In this document: positions 18,311 through 28,151 of the stretch, piece by piece
How positions within the stretch are numbered: position 1 is the first letter of the stretch
How the letters are laid out: the number at the start of each line of letters is the position of its first letter
DNA from: an uncultured delta proteobacterium
GTDB taxonomy: Bacteria > Myxococcota > B64-G9
DNA: 64,000 nucleotides
NCBI GenBank assembly: GCA_963754925.1
Contig: CAVWHX010000003.1
Location: 32,001 to 96,000, forward strand
Direction of reading: 5' to 3'
Notes under the pieces: model-generated
The model's input: the letters and a program-made list of their open reading frames with translations, nothing else
What the model was told of the DNA's origin: nothing
The model's database searches: none
Translations under genes and position numbers: made by a program

Positions 18311-20592
18311 TGCTCAGTGCCAGAGAACACATCCACGACCCGCTTTCGACGAACCGCCTCATCGGTTACGGTGAGAGGGGAAACACGCTCGCCGATTTTG
18401 AGACGATAGGGACCCACGCTGTGCACGGGCGCTGATCCGTCCGTGCTATAGGGAACCACCAGTGAGAAATTGCCGGATGAATCGACCGCCGCCTCGCGTT
18501 CGTACAGAAAGGTCCGTCCCACGTTTGTTTGAACGGTCAATCGCAGGAAGACCTTTTCGCCGGGCGGCGCCTGTCCAACCAGTCGGGCCCCACCGACCAC
18601 CTCAAAGGCCTTAAACTCCGCCGTTGATTGACCAAGGAGGGTCTGGAAATGCTCTGATTCCAGCACCAGGCGAACGTGGCTCAACGGTTGCAGAGTATGA
18701 TCCTGGATGGAGCGGGCGGTGCCATCGCCGAGAAAAAGTCGGGTATGGAGCGCGCCCCAGAACGAGGTGCGGGGTTCATAATACATGAATAGATCGCGAC
18801 CGTCCGTCCTCAGCGAGGTACTCATGAAATCTTGCGTACTACCGGCAATCGCAGCCATATCTTGCACCTGGTCAAAAATCGACGACACCACGATCACCCG
18901 ATAGGAAGCTCTTTCCATTTCCCGTACGCAGGCTTCTTCGTCATGGGACAAAAGCAGTTGAAAGGCCGTCCGATTGACGGCCAAAGCCTCGGGAGTTCCA
19001 AATGAACTCACCGCAACGGCGCGCCCGGTAGCCCACAGCAAGGGATGCGCGTCGTTCCAACCGGTTAGCAGGGCATAGGCCGGGCGGCCGTCCGACGCCA
19101 CCGGGGGCGGCAGGAGGGAGGTGAGCGCGCGCCCAAACTCCAGCAGATGGCCCTTCGCAACGTAGGCATCATTAGAACCAGCCAGGCGGAAGAGACCAGA
19201 CACCAGGGGAATTAATGCTACGACAAGTGCGAGGATCGCCGTCGCAACCAGTAGTCGGCCGCGGGCTCTGCGTCCAGGCTCACGCACGTACCGCAACAGA
19301 TACGTGCCGCCGGAAACGATTGCCCAGGCTATGACTAGGGCTACGGCCGGAGCGGCATATTCGCCAAAGCGATTCTGTAAAAACAGCAGCACTCCGCCCA
19401 AGATCGCGAATATACTTGCCAGGGCTCGCGCTGATGAAATGGGTCTCTCATGGAAACTTCTCCAGACGAACATCAACAGCAGGACCGGAAAAAGCAGGAT
19501 CAGAGGCGTATACATACCAATGGCGCCGGACAGTGCAAAAAAACCGCGATCACTGAGCAACGGGGCGGATTCTCTGGCAAGCAGGTATGAGAGATCGTTC
19601 CCGGCCGCAACCGCCAGGACGTTGCTTAGTGATGCTGAAAGAGGCGGCCAGATCCAGAAGAGAAGCGGCACGGCCAGCGTGAGCGCTGCCGCGCATACTA
19701 TGAACACTTTCAGGCGGTAGTACGCGAGTGCCACCAAGACAAACGCCGCGAAAAGCGGCAACACTTGAATCCAGGAGAGCTGATATAAGGTGAATGCACT
19801 TTGAAACGAAGGCGCGCTGAGGATCACCATTAAACCGGTTAGTACTACAGCCGAACCAAGGCCAAACCATGCAACCGGCTTGGCATCACCAGCGGTAGGG
19901 CTGAATCGGAGCACCAACAGGGTGACCGGGATGGGTATGAAGAACAAGGCAGGAGTAATGATCCAAGAACTTGCCGCCACCGCCGCCAGAACCCCGACCC
20001 CTATGCTCCCTATTAAACGGCGGCCCCAGCTTTGGGCTTCCAGCGCCGCCAGCAGCGCCAGGAAGGCGCCTAAGGTCACTGGAGCTACCAGGGCGTGGTG
20101 GTCCGTCCTGCCCAGCAACGAGAAGCTGGCTGCACCCTGCATCAAGGCAAATAAAGCGGCGGCAACCGCAGCGGTGGGAGGATCGAAGGCTTTCTTCCCA
20201 AGTTGGTACGTCAGAAAGACTGCTGCGCCTCCAAGGACCGGCGGGAGCACGGCGGCCCACACAACCATAATCTCCTGACTCGCCCCGAGGAGACTGGGCA
20301 GAGCCACCAACAGGTCGAAAGCAATCGGCCAGGGAATCGGCGCCCCGGCGGGAAAGGAGATGAAAGGATCAAAGAAAGGCAGGTTCGGGAAGTGAGTGAC
20401 CAGATTCCAGGCGCGCTGGAGGTGATAGTAGTTGTCGGTGTCCGGCATCACCACCTCAGCGCCGGTAAATACCCAAGCCCCCGGAAGACAACGTACCGCC
20501 ACACCCAGAAGGGTCAAGGCCAGGGCAACGAGGTCCCACGAAAGAGAGCGGCGTTTCATGCTGTTCTGATCGCTACTCATGGTATTGCTCAA
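18307..20592 (-). CDS. STT3/AglB-type oligosaccharyltransferase
   Basis: DTDNYYH, FFDPFISFPAG..WP..FD, TDHH, QNRF, about 13 TM segments, archaeal-type C-terminal beta domain (TNVGRTFLY..GNFSLVVPYST); WWDYG position reads GWNDAH. Confidence 0.85.
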   Translation of the reverse strand: MSNTMSSDQNSMKRRSLSWDLVALALTLLGVAVRCLPGAWVFTGAEVVMPDTDNYYHLQRAWNLVTHFPNLPFFDPFISFPAGAPIPWPIAFDLLVALPSLLGASQEIMVVWAAVLPPVLGGAAVFLTYQLGKKAFDPPTAAVAAALFALMQGAASFSLLGRTDHHALVAPVTLGAFLALLAALEAQSWGRRLIGSIGVGVLAAVAASSWIITPALFFIPIPVTLLVLRFSPTAGDAKPVAWFGLGSAVVLTGLMVILSAPSFQSAFTLYQLSWIQVLPLFAAFVLVALAYYRLKVFIVCAAALTLAVPLLFWIWPPLSASLSNVLAVAAGNDLSYLLARESAPLLSDRGFFALSGAIGMYTPLILLFPVLLLMFVWRSFHERPISSARALASIFAILGGVLLFLQNRFGEYAAPAVALVIAWAIVSGGTYLLRYVREPGRRARGRLLVATAILALVVALIPLVSGLFRLAGSNDAYVAKGHLLEFGRALTSLLPPPVASDGRPAYALLTGWNDAHPLLWATGRAVAVSSFGTPEALAVNRTAFQLLLSHDEEACVREMERASYRVIVVSSIFDQVQDMAAIAGSTQDFMSTSLRTDGRDLFMYYEPRTSFWGALHTRLFLGDGTARSIQDHTLQPLSHVRLVLESEHFQTLLGQSTAEFKAFEVVGGARLVGQAPPGEKVFLRLTVQTNVGRTFLYEREAAVDSSGNFSLVVPYSTDGSAPVHSVGPYRLKIGERVSPLTVTDEAVRRKRVVDVFSGTEH

Positions 20593-20640
20593 GCAAGAGA
20601 CACATCAAATGATAGGATGGAGAGGGCTTCAGATCAAACT

Positions 20641-22268
20641 TTACCACGAGCAGTCGAGCACGGCATAGGCATTTTGGATCTGCTGGTTTACTCTCATGGC
20701 CGGTCCGAGATAAACGCCGTTCCATTTTCTGTCAACATACATATAGCCGATACGTATGAACAGGTGCTCAGTGACCAGCTGCTGGACAACGTACACTTCA
20801 TAGACATTCCCTCTGACCCCGTATTTGTTAATCGAGGAGATCTGAAGGGGACGACCAGGTAAAGTGGTAGCGGGTCCCCCTATTAAATTCAAATCCTATC
20901 CTTAATGGGTAATTTTTGAAAAACGACCAAATATACTCAGGTGGAGAATAACGAAATCCAACGTACACAAAGTGAGCCAACGTGAGTTTTGTGTTCCACG
21001 GCGAAGTAGGATTATCAGGGTCATCGTTAGCTGATGCGAGCCCAATTCTGACCTTCTGAGGCACATTGCTGGCGGTTTGACCGGTATCGAGTATCGTCCC
21101 ATCACTGGTCATCGTCTCCTGTTTTAGATAAACATCATAAGTTTCATACTGGTTGGTTGGTTTGAGAAACGTGAGCGTGTAGGCGCCAAAGAGATCGAGC
21201 CCTGATCCGAGTATATTTTTTAGTTCTAATAAGGTATTAAAGATTAGCATAAAGTCCTAAATTGTTTTGGCCTGGTTTTGGCGGTTCTGGATAAACAGGT
21301 TCGTTCGCGTCATAGGGGAAGATGGCATTGTCTCTAAAGCCGAATTTGGGGACGACAACAGACCCCAATTGAAAAACATTATCACCAAGAAACGGCAGCT
21401 TCATCTCTAACACACCGGCGAACGCATTGAATTCCTGGAACCCGTCATTGGTAAATAGATTATTGTCCATATCGATGCGCGCGCCTGCAAAATTAGCAAA
21501 CGGTAGATAGGCAAAGCGAAACAAATCGGTGTCTGACCACCCAATACCGAAACCAATACCTTCCATGTCAGCCTCGACCATTTGCACCCCCCAGGTCGCG
21601 TTGCGTATGGTGTTTTCTTTCAACTCAGCCGGGGGACCTTCTGGTGACGAGACTCTTCCGGCCGAAATGCCGAACCATTTTATGGGCCGCCACTCGAAAA
21701 AGGCGCGTTCGATGCGTAAACCAGCATCGAGCGGATAACGGGTGATTTCCATATCGAGCAGATACGGATTGGTTTCCGATAAGTTTAAGTATTTATAAGT
21801 AATAATCTGTCCGTAAAAACGCAAACCTTCGACAATCTCGTATTCCATGGTGAGGCGCAATCTCATGGTCCAGGCGCTGCCGTACGATTTATCGATATTC
21901 TGACTTTGGATTAGTTTGACAAAATTGCCATTTTGATCCACGACGTCTATCGGTGCAAATAACGGACTGTTGTCTCTGAGATGAAAGTTGTTGCAGGTGA
22001 CCCGAAGCGCCCCGGACCAATCCATACGGTCTCGACTCAATTTCTCTCTAATCTTGTCCTGTTCGCCAATTATCTCCTCGATGTCATTATCAATCTGTTC
22101 GAGCCTTTTTTGCAGGTCTGAATCTAACGTGCTACTGGGTTTGGGTTGGTTAACAAAAGTTTCATCGGCGTTCCGTTGATCAGCCCCTCTACTAACTATC
22201 GGAAGCGAGAGTGCGATAATTGTGAACGCCCCAGCAAAAACGATTCGGTTCGACCATTTTTTTGTCAT
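20641..22268 (-). CDS. DUF3373-like outer-membrane beta-barrel (frameshifts near 21250 and 20835)
   Basis: Signal peptide, coiled coil, WSGALR, WTMRLRL, IERAF, SAGR..PEGPPAELKEN, GFEFNRG, RGNVYEVY, terminal Trp; three ORF pieces join by single-base shifts. Confidence 0.7.
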
Positions 22269-22279
22269 AGTTCCCTTCC

Positions 22280-24382
22280 TTATACCTGTCGTAAACGAAG
22301 ATCAGAGCGGCATGCCCGCGATACCACTTCCCTTTTTCTTTCTTCTTTCGACGAGATATACTCAATCAACTTGGTTAGTTCCCCATCAGAGAAATACAAT
22401 TTTAGATCTCGATGCTGATTGTGAGACCCCCGGGATATGAAACGTACCCACTGGGTCTTAGTCTTTTTCTTCCAATCCATAGCATGGCAATACGTGCAGC
22501 CATACGTTGCCACTTGCTCTCCAGTCCAACTACCGCTACCGCTCAGGAGATTGATAGTCGCGACCGTGACCGGTTTTTTGGGTTCATTCGCCGGCTGACT
22601 GGAAGCAGATGGCGTACCATGTTTATTGGTGTTGCCAGCCGTTGATGTATCACTCGTTGTAGCGGCGATATCCTTCTTGGGCGGTTCGGTTATTGCGGCA
22701 CTGGAATCAGACACCGCTGTTTCAGCAGGTTTTGGTTGAGCCACCGCGGCACCGATAATACCGGCAGGACCTGATATTGATTGCTTATCGGCGGGTTCCT
22801 CTGAATGTGACGTGTCGTCAAGGTATTCAACATTGGCATCGTCCGTTTCAACAACCGGCCTCCTCCGGGGAGGGGGTTGATAGATTGGCCTTTTCACATT
22901 CGCGTTCGGAAGCTTTTGTTTTTTCTGCCGCGGCTTGAGATATTCCTGTTGGTTTTTCGATGCCAGCAACAACACCATGACCCTCGGCTTCCGGCACTGG
23001 GTTCGGGTTAAGTCCGTTCTTGACTACCGACGGGGTTCTCACGGGCGCTGCAGAATGTGAGAGAGACGAGTCACCGGCGACAGAAGGGGGAGCAGCAGCA
23101 ATACCAGATGGTATAGGTTTCGTATCAATCGGTGGTTGGGGGATCGGGGCTTGATCATTCTTCAAAAAGAGTTGGTGGATAACTATCATCCCACCGATAA
23201 ATAAAAGAAAAGCCACCGCTAACGTCAGGTAAGGATTGGTGTGTTTCGAAGCTATAATCGGCCCAACCGGCTGAACCGTGGTTGGCCTTTCAGTCGACGC
23301 AACGGGTTTCTCTGGAGAATCCAGCGTCGACGGAAGAGAAATAATCCCTGAATTAGATGTCTTTTTCTTGATCCGGTCGGCCTTTTCTTGAACCAGTTGT
23401 TCGAACTTACGGCGCTGTTCGATGCGCTGTCTGAATTCGCTTTGATACCAATTCTTGACCTCCATCGTCGAGGCTATTCCTTCGTGCTTGTCAGCAAACT
23501 CATACAGTGCGCGGGCGAAATCTTCGCCTGTCTGGTAACGTCTGTCTCTGTTTTTATCGGTAGCTTTGTAGACAATCGCCTCTAATTCCGGTGGCACAGA
23601 AGGATTGAATTCAGCCGGCGATGGGATCGAATCTTGAAGAATGCTGTTGATGATTTCCGGCATCGACGTTTCCTGAGGTAAAAGAAAATGGCCGCTTCAT
23701 CGTTATCAATTCATACAGCACGAGCCCTAAAGCATACAGATCAACCCGTCCATCAATGTCCTTGAATTTGAAAACATCTGGCGCCAAATATGAGAGTTTC
23801 CCTTTAATTAACCCAGGGAGAGTAAATTCGGTCTGAACCGTGGACTTAGCAATCCCAAAGTCGATCACTTTGAGGTAACCCTGACTATCGATCATGAGGT
23901 TTTGAGCGCCGATGTCCCGGTGCACCAGATTAAGGGATTTTCCATCCGGTGCCTTTACCGTATGAGCGTAATGCAATGCTTCTGCCGCTTCAATCACCAG
24001 CTTAGAAATAATTGGCAGTGGAAAAGTCTTCTTAGCATTCTTGAGCGCCCGCAACATATAGTCGATATTCTCGCCATCAATGTACTCCATAGTGATGCAA
24101 ATTTGGTCGTTAACTCTACTAAGATCGTACACTTTAACGATATGTGGGTGATCGAGCGAGGCGATGACCCGCGCCTCATCGATGAACATTTGGATGGCGC
24201 TGTCGTTTTTAAGTCCTTGTGCGTGAATCATTTTTATCACCAACAACCGCTCAAAGCCTTGCTCGCCGAGTTGAACCCCAAGAAACACATCAGCCATCCC
24301 ACCGGAACCAAGTTTTGCAATTGGCCGGTACCGTTCTGGTTTGGGGACATCCACGGTTAAATTTTTCATCAAGGGGCTCCAT
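22280..24382 (-). CDS. Hanks-type Ser/Thr kinase - TM - Pro/Ser/Thr linker - monoheme cytochrome c (frameshifts near 24365, 23680, 22920)
   Basis: GSGGMA, VIK, HRD, DFG, KGKLSYLAPD; TM about 23163-23232; CTYCH at 22484-22498; GGAGGTGA RBS before ATG 24382. Confidence 0.75.
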
Positions 24383-24899
24383 TACTCACCTCCGACATAA
24401 GGTCTCATCGGTATTCTTCAAACAGACCACTGACCACTGTTCGGTGGGCACCGTTGCCCCCCCTCCCAAGGCAGGGAGCCCAGTCCAGACTTGCTTGTTG
24501 AACGCGCTTCCTAGCTAGAGGAACTACCTGATCGGTATGAACTCTGACCAACAGAAACATTAATAGCAGCCTCTTATCTCTATCTTATTTTTTACCAGAT
24601 CGACCGAAAAAGTATAGGGGTTTTAACCCATTATTTTTATTTGTTTTGCTCCTTATGGGGCCATCTATCACTTCGCTAATCGGGGCTTAAAGTAGCTCGT
24701 ATTTCATCTTCAAGTCAATGGCTGTATTATATTGTTAACATATTATACTTTCTGGTAACCACACCTCTCCTTACACTATCTTTTTTCCCGAAGATAGAAC
24801 AACCAGGCTACGAGCTTTAATGAATACGTTGCGGTTTGTACACGATGTCAGGTATTGGAGCAGGAAGTGAGTCTCCGGGCCGTCGTCCCAGCATCACGG

Positions 24900-27095
24900 T
24901 TAGGTGTCCTTGGGCGGCTTAGGAGGGGCTGGCGTGGATGTGGTCTCATCGGGGGAATCGTGCGCCCAGGTCGGCTTCTCTGGAACGCCCAGATCAGGGG
25001 GCAACTTCGCGGGCAGGGGAAGCTGAAGGTTGATGGCCTCATCGGAGAAGCGCTGCTGCGCCTCCTCTTCGGTGAGCACGCCGGTCAGCCAGGAAGTGTC
25101 CATCGGGTACTCCTCATGCCGATAGATGGTGTGAAAGAAGTGCCAGACGACGATGGACAGGGTGGCTAGCACCGCTTCGTAAAAATGGATGGTTCGGGAG
25201 ACCTCGATCAACCAGGCAGGCCAGCTACTCGGAAAGGATTTGGGGAACCAAAGGATAAATCCCGTAAGTGCCATGATTACGGTGCCCCAGAGGAGGGCCC
25301 AATATTCCGCCTTCTCGGCATAGTTGAACACGGCGTAGCGAGGTCGCGCCGTGCTCCAGCCGGCGTAATACTTCATGGTCGCTATGAACTCTTCGAAGTC
25401 GCGCGGGCGCGGCATCATGGGGATGATCCAGTTCTTCCCCTGCCTGCTGAACAGCTGGTAGACGAAGAAAGCCATGAAGTTCGCCAGCAGCACCACGGCC
25501 GCAAAGCGGTGGATGAAGCCGCGGATGCCCTCGGTCATGCCCAGCGCATACGCCCAGGTGAAAAAGATCGACTCCGGGTACTTCAGGGCAAAACCCGAGA
25601 AGACCAGTACGAAGAAGGTCAGCAGCAGGATCCAGTGCCAGAACCTCTCGAAACGGTTGAGCCGCACAATCCGGGGATGCTGCTTTTGATAATGGAACTT
25701 CCGGCGCAGTGCATGGCTCCAGATGACCAGGTTGTGCAGCAGCATTGCGCCGATGATTGCGAAAATCAGGAACAGGTAGATAAGGATGACGATCTGTTTG
25801 ATATCTCCACCCTGATCTAATGACTTGGTCTTGTGGGTGAAGCTCATAATGAAGGACTCGCTCGTCTGTCCGTGGCAACGGCCGCAGGTGGTTCCGCGGT
25901 TGGATAAGTTCATACGCGATTGCGGGTGTGAAGAGGGCAAAGAGTGGTGGGCGTCATGGCAGTCGGCGCAGGTGGCAGAGGTGCCGGCGGTGCCGCGCTG
26001 TGTCAGTCCGTGGAAGTCGCGCATATAGCTCTCAACCGGCGAGGTGTCCAAGGCGTAACGGGCCATCATGCGCGCGTTGCCGTGGCACCAAATGCAGATT
26101 TCGGTGCCGGCGAAGTTGCGGTGCATCCCCGGCTGAGTTCGAAGCGACATGACGTCGTGGTCGCCGTGGCAGGTGGTGCAGGTGGGAACGTCGAGGTTGC
26201 CGTGCAGGAGCGCCCGGCCGTGCGAGCCCTCGCTGAATATCTGGACAACGTCTGCGTGGCACTGAGCGCAGGTCACCAAGAGGCCCCGGCGGTTAACGCG
26301 CGATTCCGGGTCGGCCGAACGTAGCACCGTGTGCCGTCCGTGGCAATCGGCACAGGTTGCCGCCGGCTTGCCTTCCTTCACTCCCTGCCAATGAACGCTG
26401 GAGTAGTATCGTTCGATAAGCCGGCGCTTGGTGATACCGCCTTCCGGGACCAGAAGGTCGTTGGCATGGCACCTGCCGCAGGTCTGCGGTTGGTTCAGCG
26501 GAGAGAGAAGCGAGTCCTTGGACCCGAGCGGAACGATCCGATGGCCGCCGTGGCAGTCGTTGCAGTAGGGAGCGTTGGTCACCGTGCCGCTCCGGAAGGC
26601 CTCACCGTGTACTCCTGCAGAGTACTCCTTTTCAGCCTGTTCATGGCATTGATTACACATCAGGGTCAGGCGATTGCCGTCGTTGTGGGGGGCGTCGTCG
26701 AAGGTCTTGGCTCCGCCGTGGCAGTCGGTGCAGGCGAGTTGCTCGTGCACTGAACCCACCAGGGCGTTGGCTTCCACCTGGAGCTTGAGGGTTTTGCCCC
26801 GATCCGTGACCGGTTGGATGTCCTTATCGGCGTGGCAGTCCAGGCACGCCTGGTCGGCGTCGGGTTTCTTGGGAAGAGTATGCTTGGCGCGTTTGGAAGG
26901 ATCTTTGGGAGGTGGGCTCGAAAGATCGTTCGGCGCAGCCTGAAGCCTCGGCGGCAGGAGCGATATAAATGCGAAACCAATGCTAAGACCAATCAGAATG
27001 AGACGGGATACCTTCACGAAACCATTCCCCTGCGCCAAAGGTTTATTGCGGCGGTCTCGTGCGGGCGGTGGAAATAAATGGAAATTTTGACGCAA
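24900..27095 (-). CDS. Multiheme cytochrome c fused to cytochrome b (CbcL-like)
   Basis: 11 CxxCH motifs; FdnI-like b domain (ERFWHW, FIHRF, YAEKAEYWALLWG, IHFYEA, WHFFH); start may be slightly downstream. Confidence 0.9.
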   Translation of the reverse strand: MRQNFHLFPPPARDRRNKPLAQGNGFVKVSRLILIGLSIGFAFISLLPPRLQAAPNDLSSPPPKDPSKRAKHTLPKKPDADQACLDCHADKDIQPVTDRGKTLKLQVEANALVGSVHEQLACTDCHGGAKTFDDAPHNDGNRLTLMCNQCHEQAEKEYSAGVHGEAFRSGTVTNAPYCNDCHGGHRIVPLGSKDSLLSPLNQPQTCGRCHANDLLVPEGGITKRRLIERYYSSVHWQGVKEGKPAATCADCHGRHTVLRSADPESRVNRRGLLVTCAQCHADVVQIFSEGSHGRALLHGNLDVPTCTTCHGDHDVMSLRTQPGMHRNFAGTEICIWCHGNARMMARYALDTSPVESYMRDFHGLTQRGTAGTSATCADCHDAHHSLPSSHPQSRMNLSNRGTTCGRCHGQTSESFIMSFTHKTKSLDQGGDIKQIVILIYLFLIFAIIGAMLLHNLVIWSHALRRKFHYQKQHPRIVRLNRFERFWHWILLLTFFVLVFSGFALKYPESIFFTWAYALGMTEGIRGFIHRFAAVVLLANFMAFFVYQLFSRQGKNWIIPMMPRPRDFEEFIATMKYYAGWSTARPRYAVFNYAEKAEYWALLWGTVIMALTGFILWFPKSFPSSWPAWLIEVSRTIHFYEAVLATLSIVVWHFFHTIYRHEEYPMDTSWLTGVLTEEEAQQRFSDEAINLQLPLPAKLPPDLGVPEKPTWAHDSPDETTSTPAPPKPPKDT

Positions 27096-27293
27096 TGGTT
27101 ATTCCTTTTTACCCCACAGTTCCCACGGCACCTGCGAATGTCGAGGACCACGCTAACTCTCAATCCCCGTGCGAGTCAATGATGGTAAAAGGCCAAACAG
27201 AAATCACCTAACCGAGGGAACACGGTTGCCCCTTCGACCACTTCCCCGTTTCACAAATCTGTGATAGCGCAAACGACAACCGTGTTCAAGCCG

Positions 27294-27953
27294 TCATCGG
27301 CTCCAGGTAGTCCGCACGCGCATCTGAACGAGTGGGATGCCGGCCTTCTCGCCGTCTGGTTCGGGCACGGCCCACTCCCCCCGCGGATTCTTTCCTCCCG
27401 CAAGGACTATGAGCCGGTGCACGAACTCGCTCACGTACAGCTGGAAAAATGGTGCGACGATGGCGGGACAGCCGAAGATGACTGACTCGGCGACACCCCT
27501 GCCAACAATGCGCGCGTCGGTGTTGCCGAAATCGAAATACTGCTGATGAATTACCGGCATGCGGCGTATGGCCGCTTCGGGGGAGGTGAAGAACAGAAGT
27601 ACCCGGTACACGCCGCTCAGATCCTGCTCGGCATGCAAAATGGCGCCCGCGGTTACCAAATCCTCGGCCGAACGCCCCGTGGCGGCAACTGCTCCTCCGA
27701 CGAGAAGCAGCACCGGCAGGTAGTCGTACCATCCGCTCGGCATGAACTTCTGGCTCAGGAACTCCCGGGCAGCGGGATCGTCAATGAACTTCAAGACCTG
27801 CTTAAGCCCACCAGGCACCAGATTCGCCTGGCGGTCCCGCAGTCCGGTATAGGCGCTACCTTTGATATGGAAGGGGCTTGTGCCGGCAGGTATCGGGAGC
27901 TTGGGAGGAAACACGAGCGGGAGTCTTCCATCGGCGTTCGTCATACCTATCAC
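27294..27953 (-). CDS. Hypothetical protein, DUF2378/V4R-like
   Basis: IKG..., SGWYD, AEQDLSGVYR, YFDFG; similar to 59310 gene; GAGGTG RBS. Confidence 0.6.
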   Translation of the reverse strand: MIGMTNADGRLPLVFPPKLPIPAGTSPFHIKGSAYTGLRDRQANLVPGGLKQVLKFIDDPAAREFLSQKFMPSGWYDYLPVLLLVGGAVAATGRSAEDLVTAGAILHAEQDLSGVYRVLLFFTSPEAAIRRMPVIHQQYFDFGNTDARIVGRGVAESVIFGCPAIVAPFFQLYVSEFVHRLIVLAGGKNPRGEWAVPEPDGEKAGIPLVQMRVRTTWSR

Positions 27954-28151
27954 CTCTCTCAGAACGCCCCCACCGATAATACTAAGTTTACTCCGAATGA
28001 ACGCTCAAGTCAAAGCGCCCTGAAGTTACCGGCAAGATTTTAAGAGATCAAGCGCATACCCCTACGAAAGACAGGTTCGTTCTTTGTCTAACATTATCGA
28101 GGAGATAGCGATGGCGGGTCAACCCGAGATGAATGCCTTGGTAATTAAATT

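Noticed and set aside
22848..22850. TGA readthrough (selenocysteine) after EEAGC
   Set aside because: The downstream coding sequence is in a different frame, so a frameshift explains it
24440..24490. ncRNA in the kinase leader (CTCCC/GGGAG hairpin)
   Set aside because: Only short stems; no recognisable family
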